A stretch of 55,294 bases of DNA, from contig NW_024705310.1 of NCBI RefSeq assembly GCF_018977255.1, positions 1 to 55,294 of the forward strand, written 5' to 3'. Source of the stretch: Callorhinchus milii. Lineage: Eukaryota. The position numbers were made by a program, and so were the translations under genes. The notes under the pieces are model-generated. The model searched no databases. It worked only from the letters and a program-made list of their open reading frames with translations, and was not told where the DNA came from. This document shows positions 23,601 through 33,300 of this stretch, one piece after another (within the stretch, counting starts at the first letter, position 1; every line of letters starts with the position of its first letter).

Positions 23601-23920
23601 GACTGTGATTGGCTGCGGGCTGGGGTGACTGACTGTGATTGGCTGCGGGCTGGGGTGACTGACTGTGATTGGCTGCGGGCTGGGTGACTGACTGTGATGG
23701 CTGCGGGCTGTGTGACTGACTGTGATTGGCTGCGGGCTGGGGTGACTGACTGTGATTGGCTGCGGGCTGGGGTGACTGACTGTGATTGGCTGCGGGCTGG
23801 GGTGACTGACTGTGATTGGCTGCGGGCTGGGGTGACTGACTGTGATTGGCTGCGGGCTGGGGTGACTGACTGTGATTGGCTGCGGGCTGGGGTGACTGAC
23901 TGTGATTGGCTGCAGGCTGG
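23601..23920 (+). repeat. 30-bp minisatellite overlapping the last ABCB8 splice acceptor
   Basis: Unit gactgtgattggctgcgggctggggtgact, about 10.5 copies; the last partial copy reads gactgtgattggctgcAG|gctgg. Confidence 0.93.
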
Positions 23921-24014
23921 TACCCACGTGGAGCTGATGCAGAGAGGAGGGCTGTACGCAGAACTGATCCGCAGACAAAGTAATCCGCAGCCGCTGAACC
24001 CGGACACAAAATAA
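23916..24014 (+). CDS. ABCB8: ABCB8 terminal coding exon
   Basis: gctgcag|GCTGGTACC... gives AGTHVELMQRGGLYAELIRRQSNPQPLNPDTK, stop TAA at 24012-24014. Matches the ABCB8 C-terminal AGTHEELLKKGGLYAELIRRQ. Confidence 0.93.
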   Translation, partial: AGTHVELMQRGGLYAELIRRQSNPQPLNPDTK

Positions 24015-24074
24015 ACTCTTCAATGATTTTCAAAAGACATTATGGATAGTATTTGCTGCTGAATATATATTAAA
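24010..24074 (+). promoter_or_regulatory. Candidate polyadenylation signals of ABCB8
   Basis: AATAAA at 24010-24015 overlaps the stop codon; ATTAAA at 24069-24074. Usage unverified. Confidence 0.35.
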
Positions 24075-24114
24075 ATCATAATAATGGAGCCTCGCGCTGT
24101 GTAACTGACTGCAT

Positions 24115-24412
24115 GCGCTGCCCTACCCTGCCCTGCGCTACGTTGCCCTGCGCTGCCCTACCTTGCACTGCGCTGCCCTGCCCTGCCCTGCGCTGCCCTA
24201 CCCTGCCCTGCCCTGCGCTGCCCTACCCTGCCCTGCGCTACGTTGCCCTGCGCTGCCCTACCTTGCCCTGCGCTGCCCTGCCCTGCGCTGCCCTGCCCTG
24301 CGCTGCCCTACCCTGCCCTGCCCTGCGCTGCCCTACCCTGCCCTGCGCTACGTTGCCCTGCGCTGCCCTGCCCTACCCTGCGCTGGCCTGCCCTGCCCTA
24401 CCCTGCCCTGCC
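24115..24412. repeat. Pentanucleotide compound microsatellite (CCCTG/CGCTG/CCCTA)n
   Basis: About 60 pentamers with a recurring cgctacgttg variant, 100 nt after the stop codon. Confidence 0.9.
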
Positions 24413-26400
24413 TGGGTGGTCTTCATGGCAGGGTAAAGATTCCTGAACGAGTAATTCCATGATGATTATCTGGCTTCTAATATCTTAAGTGTTTTGGGAG
24501 GATTGTTACTGTTGAAATGATTGTGGGTTATTTGAGATGTTTGTAGATCTCAGTGGGTTGTACAAAAGAGAGAAAAATGAGCCACAACGCATGGGCCCTG
24601 GGTTTCAATCAGCAATGAAGTGAAGCTTCTCTCTCCCCAGGACAGGCAACTGTGAAACTTGATGAGATTTTGAGGGTCACTGTTGAGGGAAGAGTAATAT
24701 TTCTTATTCAGGTCCAAAGGTGATTGATTCCGAAGCTCATTGTGTTGATGATTACATGGGAATAGTAGCAGCAACATGAGGGTAATCAAAAATTAGCAAT
24801 TAGGTGACAAAATATGCCAGTTTCAAAGTCTTTTGTGTTCAGGGAGAAGCGCTGGCTGAAGGAAGAGAGCAGATCCCAGCTCGATGTTGTGTAAAACAAT
24901 GAGCAGGAGTAGACGGCAGGGTGATGGAGTTTTGATATTGCAATAGAAGCTGGTTTACCTCAGACGCCCAGTAAATCGGAAAAAATGCCCAGCCCCAATT
25001 CATTTGTTATTCTTATCTGTTTTAAATATGCTGGTTAATTTGGACAAAATCCAGTTAATCCAGACAAATGCCATAGTGATGGTCACACTGCCTCAACTCA
25101 CTCAAGGTTTCAGTGTCGAGCGGCTCCAGTCACACTCCATGCCCAAGTTGTCAATCAGTGAAAGGGCAGAGGAACGAGGGAGACACAAGGGAAGGAATGG
25201 AGATGATACCGCAATTGATTGAAAGCCTGGAGCCGCTCTGGAATGGATGGACTTTGAATGTAGCCGCTCGAGACTGTAGTGTGTAAATTGGCTGCTGCGT
25301 TTGCCCACAAAACACACTGTATCACAGTACACACACTTGGCACAATGTGACTTTTCTCGGTCAGCCGGGAGTCATGACATACATGGAAATCCATCATTGT
25401 GCCTTAGAGTCTCCAAACCAAGCTGAGATTTTCATGCACGTGTTGGAATGGTATGCGCACTCTCTCCCTAGAGAAAAGGATCCTGTTTACTTATTCCGGA
25501 AAGTATTAGGCACAGGTTGGAAAGAGCTAAGGCTTCGGGGGACCCCAGAGTGTGCGTTGGGGTAACTGCTGAAGTTCTAACCAGCTAAACCACATAGCTT
25601 GCCATTGATATCCCTGACTGGCAAGCTTTCTGCTGCTTGTCCAGCTAGGACCACCCTACCCGTTAGGGCTTTAGCTTGCAGGGTTAACAGCAGCTGAGAG
25701 TTACGACTCCCTGTACCCAATTCCTGCCGATGAGCTGGGCTGTCCTGGAATACTGTGGACCTACCTGGCTCAGGAAGCAGACTAGAGGCTGTCACGGTGA
25801 GCTGGCTGTTGTCAAACACGTCACCTTGTAGCCACTTCAGTTGAGGGGGGCCCAGCTTACCTCCCTCCTGGAGGTAATCCCCCTGGAGGATTTGACATCT
25901 GACGAGCATGTTTGAGCTTCACCAGGGGGATGACAGATATCAGGACATCCTTACGAGCTTCCTGGTGGGTAACACAGCTCAGCAGGAAATGTGTGAGATC
26001 ATTGCCACCATCTTCCTCAGGCCACATGTCCTTCCCATTGAGAACTGGAGTTTAAACAGCAGCTGCTTACAGTGGGTAATCACAGTGGGTTGCAAGATAG
26101 GGCCAAGTGGCTCAATGGCCCAAGTGGCTCAAAGACCTAAGTTGATCGGAGACCCAAGTGGCTGAGATGGCCAAATGGATCGGAGGGCCCAATGGATCGG
26201 AGGACCATGTGGCTCAGTGGGCCAAGTAGCTCGGAAGTCCAAGTGGCTCAGAGGGCCAAGTGGCACAGGGGGCCCAGTGGCGCAGGGGGCGCAGTGGCTC
26301 GTGCAACCAAGTGGCTCATGGGGCCCAGTGCCTCATTGGGCCCAATGGCTCATATGGCCCGGTATCCCATTGGGCCCAGTGCTCATAGGGCCAAGCGGTT

Positions 26401-29400
26401 CACACAATGGCGACGATCCGGAGGCTGGGTTCGTGAGGCGCTTTGCTGACCTTGAGCCGCATGAGGCTGTCTGTGGGTTGTCCAGACTGAAGCTGTGGTG
26501 TCAGGAGCCCTGGGGCTCGAGGTCGAATTCTCCCGCAGCCTGGGAGCCTGGAGTGGAATCATGGCGTGGAGATGGAGGTGACCTACCCAGGATCGAGGCC
26601 CGAGGCGCGCAAAGCGAGGCTGGGACTTAGTGCCTCGGGTGGGACCCGCGGCTCAACGTCCAGCGGCTCAACAACCAGCGGGACCTGGGACGCGGTCGGA
26701 GCAGGCGCCTGGGGCTAGCTCAGCGGCGAGCGGGACCTGCGGCGAGGCTAACTCGAGGTCTGAGGACTTCCCCAGTGAGGATTTCAACGCCCCGAGCGGC
26801 AACCGGACCCAGTGCGAGACCCGAGGCCACCCAGTGCAGTACAGAGGGACTCGCGAGGAACCCATCGCCTCGGCTGGCCCACACCAATAGCGTCCTCGCC
26901 ATCAGCTCCCACGCCACCATTCGGGACTCTCTTGAGGGCTCAGCCGATCAACAACCGGCTGCCACGTGACATCATCCCGCCCCCTTCATTTGAATCTCGA
27001 GGCCAGGACTTACTGGGAAGAACATCACTGCCCCCATCTCCTCACTGAGCCTCACCAGGCCAGCAGGCTAACCATGGCTCGCTGAACACTCCTGTCCGCT
27101 CCGAGTCTCAGCCTGCGCCCATTTGCTGCCACAATTGACCTGAGCTGCTTCCGCAAGATGTTCCCGACCGCGGCCCCTTCCCTCCACTATTCTCGCTCAA
27201 CCCTCCTCTCCCTCAGCCTCCCCCGACTCCTATCCCTCCTCGAGCCCCCCCCCCCCCACCATGGCCTCCCTCTGCTCCTCCATACACATTCTCTGTTGTG
27301 CCCACCGTGGCAGACGCCGTCGACTGTCCTACAGCACCCACCCTAACTGCCCCTTCCCCAACTCTCACCGCCCTCACTCACGGGAGCCAACCTTTCCTCC
27401 CTCACCCACATCCCCATCCAATCTGCCTGCCCACCCCCTCCCCCCCCCCTCATCTCCCCCACACTCCCACCACTAACTGTCCCCTCCGCATCGGTCTGTA
27501 GAACATCTGCTCATTAACCAACATGTCCCTCATAATCCATGACCTCACCGTCGAGGAAAATATCGACATCCTCGTCCTCACCGAAACCTGGGTCACCCCA
27601 GGCAAAACCTTCCCGGGTTACACCTTTCACCAAACCCCATGGTCTAATCGCCGTGGCAGTGGTGTGGCTCTCATCTCCCGGTCCCCTCTCGGCCTTTCCC
27701 CTTCTCTGGAGTCTTCCCCTCCTTCGAACACCTTACCCTCTACCACCCCTCCAGGCTCTCCCTCAAAATCCTCCTTGTCTACTGTCACCCCAAGCCTTCC
27801 CCCACCTTCCTTTCGGACATCTCTACCCTCCTTTCTCCCTCTCCCTCTGCTCTGAACACCCTCCTAATCTTAGGTGACTTCAACCTCCACTTCACCCCCT
27901 CCTGCTCTACCTCTGCTGACTTCTCCCTCCTCTCTTCCCTTACCCTCTCCCTCCTCATCCACTCCACCACCCACGACGGTGGCCACCCCCTTGATCTGGT
28001 GATCACCCGGGGCCTCACTGTCTCGGACATCACCATCATCGGTAAAGCCATCTCAGACCACCACTTCATTTCCCTCAACACCTCTGTACCACTTCCCCTT
28101 TCTCAACCCTCCACTATCACATACCGTCCATGGAAAAAAAATTCCTCCCTCTCCCTCTCCACTGCCCTGGAGTCATCTGAGCTCCTGCACCTCTGGCACT
28201 CTCTGACCGATCTCCCCTCCTCACTCTCCTTTCTCCACAACTCCCTCTCCTCAATTCTGGACTCCTTGCCCCCCTCACCTCCCGAACAGCCTCATAATCC
28301 CGTATATTCCCCTGGTACACCAGCCATCTCCGTTCCCTCAAGGCACAAGTGTGAGCTGCCGAACGCGCCTGGACCAATTCCAAACTAACGGTCCATCAGC
28401 AGATCTGGCTTCACCATACCAAGATCTACCGCTGCGCTCTTGCCTCCGCCAAATCCTCCTTCTACTCCAAGTTATCTTGGAGGCAAAGGACAACCCCCGG
28501 CTTCTCTTTTCCACCACAAACCGTCTGCTCAGTCCACCGTCCCACGTCTCACCCATCCTCTCCTCAAACTCCAACTGTGAGGAGATGCTGGATTTCCTCG
28601 AAACCAAAATCGAGGGGATACGTTCAGCCACCTCTGCCCCGTCCACAGCCAACCCCACGTCACCTCTCTCTCATGACCCACCCCCCACCCATCCCCCCCT
28701 ATACTCCTTCGACCCTATCTCTCCCTCCTCCCTCTCTGCGATTGTTCGCAAACTCAAACCCACCACCCGTTCCCTCGATCCCATTCCCACCTCTCTCCTC
28801 GTCTCCCAGCTCCACCTTCTGGCCCCTCTCCTGTCCGATGTCATCAACCTCTCCTTGTCCACCAGTTCAGTTCCAACCTCCCGAAAAACAGCTGTCATCA
28901 CCCCCATCCTGAATAAACCTTCCCTGGATCCATCGCTACTCTCCAGCTACTGCCCCATCCCTAACCTCCCATTCCTCTCCAAGGTCCTGAGACGAGTCAT
29001 TGCGTCCCGGCTCCGCTCCTTTCTCTCTCGCCATTCTCTCTTTGAACCCCTCCAATTCGGCTTCCGCGCTGCCCATAGCACGGAACAGCCCTGGTCACAG
29101 TCACTAATGACATTCCGAACATCTGTGATCAGGGCTCCCTCTGCCTCTCTGCCGCCTTCAACACTGTCGACCACTCCATCCTCATACACCGCCTCTCCTC
29201 CTCACTCAATCTTCGCGGACCTGCCCCTTGTCTGGTTCGATTCCTATCTCTCTCACCGTCTCCACTTTGTTGCCTCTACCGGTTTCTCCTCCAGTCCCCA
29301 CACTGTCATGTCTGGCGTCCCCCAGGGCTCTGTCCTTGTCTCCTCTTTAATATCTACATGGTCCCCCTCGGTGACATCATCCGCAGACATGGGGTCAACT

Positions 29401-30358
29401 TGCACATATATGCAGATGACACCCAACTCTATCGTTCTGCCCCCACCCTCAACTCCAGGGCCACTGCTGTCCTGACAGACTGTCTGTCGGACACCAAGTC
29501 CTGGATGAGGGCAAACTTCCTACAGCTGAATGCGAATAAGACTGAGGCTCTCCTGATTGGCTCACACCAGTGCCTCCGCACCTCAGGCTCTGGCAGCATC
29601 ACCCTCCATGGTTGCCCACCACAACTCACCAACTCACCACCAGTCAGGAACCTCGGTGTCTTGTTCGACTCTCAACTGTCTTTTCTTCCCCACATTCAAG
29701 CCATGACCCGTTCTGCCTCCCCTCACCTACGTAACATCGCCCGACTCCGCCACTACCGCACCCCTCAGGCTCGACTATGCAAAGGCCCTGCTTGTCGGCC
29801 TTCCCAACTCCTCCCTCCACAGGCTGCAGATAATCCAGAACTCTGCAGCCCGTATCCTCTCCCGCACCAAACTCCGTGACCCCATCTCCCCCACTCTCAC
29901 CCGACACCATTGGCTCTCTATCTACATAGATATACATAGATCAGAGGATCCAGTTCAAAATCCTGGTCCTCACCTACAAAGCCCTCCATGGTCTCGCCCC
30001 ATCCTACCTCTGTGACCTCCTAATGCCCTACCAACCCGCCTGTTCCCTCCGCTCAGCCGGCTCCAGTCTGCTCCACGTCCCCCGACCCACCATTGGCGGG
30101 AGAGCCTTTAGCCACTCTGCCCCCAACCTCTAAAACTCCATCACCCAATCACTCTGCCTCGCCCTCTCCTTAGCTTCCTTCAAGTCTGGCCTTAAAACCC
30201 TCCTCTTCAACCATGCCATTGGTCACCCCACCCCCCACCTTCCCCTCCCTTCTCCCCCCTGACCCCAGCTCGGGTCTAAAATGCTATACACTGTCTAGCG
30301 CCTTAGGGCGTCCTCCCGACATGAAAGCGCTATACAAATGTAATCTTGTTGTTGTTGT
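26401..30358 (+). mobile_element. Near full-length L2 LINE (GC-rich 5' region, APE, RT, 3' tail), inactivated
   Basis: IHDLTVEENIDILVLTETWVTPG, ILGDFNLH, SDHHFI, KPSLDPS..PNLPFLSKVL, HIYADDTQLY; ends gcgctatacaaatgtaatctt(gtt)n. Contains frameshifts and stops. Confidence 0.92.
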
Positions 30359-33300
30359 TCATAGTGCTCAGTGGCTTACTGGGCCCAGTGGCTTACAGGG
30401 CCCAGTGACTTACAGGGCCCAATGGCTCATAGGCCAAGTGGCTCATGGGGCCAAGTGGCTCAAAGAGCCATGTAGCTCATATGGCCAAGTGGCTCATATC
30501 ACCAATTGACTCATAGGTCTAAGTTGCTCATAGGGTCATGTGGCTCACATAGCCAAGGGGCTCATAGTGCCCAGTGGCTCATAGGGCCAAATGGCTCATA
30601 GGGGCAAGTGACTCATATGGCCAAGTTTCTAATATGAACAATTCACTCATTGGGCCAAGTGTTTCGTAAGTCCAAGTGGATAGTAGGGCCAAGAGATTCT
30701 TAGGGTCAAGTGGCTCATAGGGCCACGTGGCTCGTCGGGCCCAGTGGCTTGTACGGCCAAGTGGCTCACCGGGCCAAATGGCCTCATAATGCCAATTGGC
30801 TCATAGGACCAAATGGTCCTTATGGCCAAGTGGCTCATAGGGCTAAGTGGCTCCAATAGCCAAGTGGCTCCAATAGCCAAGTGGCTCATCGATCCAAGTT
30901 GCTCATAGGCCAAGTGGCTCGCAGGGTCATGTGGTTCGCAGGGCCAAGTGGCTCGTAGGGCCAAGTGGCTCGTAGGGCCAAGAGATTCTTCGGGCCAAGT
31001 AGGGCATAGAGAAAAGTGGCTCATAGGGCCACGTGGCTTGTAGGGCCAGTGGCTCGCAGAGCCAAGTGGCTCATAGGGCCTAGTGGTTCTTAGGAACAAA
31101 TGGGCCGTACAGCCAAGTGGCTTGCAGGGCATAGTGGCTCATAGGGCCTATTGTTTCATAGGGCCAAGTGGCTCATAGGACCAAGAAGCACATAGGGCCA
31201 AGTGGTTCATAAGGCCAAGTGGCTCATGGGGCCCAGCGGCTCTTAGTGTCCAGTAGCTCAAAGGACCCAGTGGCTCATAGGGCCAAGTGGCTCATATGGC
31301 CAAGTGGCTCACAGGGCCAAGAGGTCCGTTCGGCCAAGTGGCTTGTAGGGCCATGTGGCTCATACGGCCAAGTGGCTCATATGGCCAAGTAGCTCAAATT
31401 GCCAATTGGCTCATCGATCCAAGTTGCTCATAGGCCAAGTGGTTCATAGGGACAAGTAGCTCGTAGGGCCAAGTGGTTCATAGGGACAAGTAGCTCGTAG
31501 GGCCAAGTGGCTCACAGGGCCATGTGGCTCGCAGGGCCAAGTGGCGCGAAGGGCCAAGTGTCTCGTCGGGCCAAGTGGCTCGTTGGGCCTAGTGGCTTGT
31601 AAGGCAAGTGGCTCACAGGGCCAAGAGGCTCATAGGGCGAAGTGGGTAATAGGGTCAATTGACTCATAGGGCCAATTGGCTCATAGGGCCAAGTGGCTCA
31701 TAAGGCCTAGTAGTTCATAGGACCAAATGTCCGTACGGCCAAGTGGCTTGTAGGGCATAGTGGCTCAAAGGGCCAAGAGGCTCTTAGGGCCAAGAGGCTC
31801 TTAGGGCCAAGTGGCTCATCGGGCCTAGTGGCTTGTAAGGCAAGTGGTTCGCAGGGCCAAGTGGCTTCTAGAGCCAAGTGGCTCACAGGGCCAAGGGGCT
31901 CAAAGGGCCAAGGGGCTCATAGGGTCAATTGACTCATAGTGCCAAGTAGCTCATAGGGCCAATTGGCTCATAAGACCAAGTTGCTCATAAGGCCCAGTGG
32001 TTCATAGGACCAAATGTTCTGTACGGCCAAGTGATTTGTAGGGCATAGTGGCTCGTATCACCTAGTGGCTCGTAGGGCCAAGTGGCACATAGGGCCAAGG
32101 GGCTGATAGGGCCAAGTGGCTCATAAGGCCAAGTGTCTCGTAGGACCAAATAGTCCGTACAGCCAAGTGACTTCTAGGGTAGAGTGGCTCATAGGGCCAA
32201 GTGACTCGTATCGCCTAGTGGATCGAAGGGCTAAAAGGCTCATAGGGCCCAGTGGCTCATAGGGCCCAGTGGCTCATAGGACCCAGTGGCTGATAGGGCC
32301 AAATGGTCCGTACAGCCAAGTGGCTCGTATTGCCCAGTGGCTCGTAGGGCCAAGTGGTTCATAGGGACAAGTAGCTCGTAGGCCCAAGTGGCTCATAGGG
32401 CCAAGTGGCTCGTAGGGCCAAGAGACTCTTAGGGCCAAGTGGCTCGTAGGGCCTAGTGGCTTGTAAGGCAAGTTGCTTGTAGGGCCAAGTGGCTCCTAGA
32501 GCTAAGTGACTGGTAGGGCCAAGTGGTTCTCAGGAACAAATTGTCCATAAGGTCAAGTGTCCCATATTGCCTAGTGGCTCGAAGGGCCAAGTGGCTGATT
32601 GGGCCAAGTGGCTGATTGGGCCAAGTGGCTCATAGGGCCAAGCGGCTGATTGGGCCAAGTGGCTCATAGGGCCAAGTGACTCATGGGACCCAGTGGCTCA
32701 TAGGAGCAAATGGTCCCTATGGCCAAGTGGCTTGTAGGGCCAAGTGGCTCGTCGTGCCAAGTGGCTCCAAGGGTAATGTGGCTCATAGGGCCTTGAGGCT
32801 TTTAGTGCCGACTCGTAGGACCACGTGGCTCGTAGCGCCAAGTGGCTCCTAGGACAATGTGGCTCACAGGGCCAAGTGGCTCACAGGGCCAAGTGGCTCA
32901 CGGGGCCAAGTGGCTCGTAGTGCCATGTACCTTGTGGGGCCATGTGGCTTGTAGGGCCAAGTGGCTTGTAGCACCAAGTGACTTCTAGGGCAATGTGGCT
33001 CATAGGGCCAAGTGGCCACTATGGCTGGCTCACAGGCCCAAGTGGCTCACAGGCCCAAGTGGCTCACAGGCCCAAGTGGCTCATAGTACCAAGTGGCTCA
33101 TAGTGCCAAATGGTTCATAGAGCCAAGTGGCTCACAGGGCCAAGTGGCTCACAGGGCCAAGTGGCTCATAGGGCCAAGTGGCTCCCAGGGCAATGTGGCT
33201 CATAGGGCCAAGTGGCCCGTAGGGCCGGCTCATAGTGCCAAGTGGCTCACAGGCCCAAGTGGCTGATAGTGCCAAGTGGCTCCTAGGGCCAAATGGTTCA

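Noticed and set aside
182..24014. Alternative identity as ABCB10, ABCB1 or TAP
   Set aside because: Diagnostic segments ([65 protein letters not shown]) fit ABCB8, and a single TMD-NBD half ends at the stop codon.
23280..24033. Repetitive ORFs (PQPITVSHPS, QPAANHSQSP; AGVTDCDWLR on +)
   Set aside because: They are translations of the 30-bp minisatellite. Only 23916-24014 has ABCB8 homology and a valid acceptor.
24113..24462. Cys/Pro/Ala/Leu-rich ORFs resembling keratin-associated or metallothionein-like proteins
   Set aside because: All three frames give the same CPALP pattern from the (CCCTG)n repeat.
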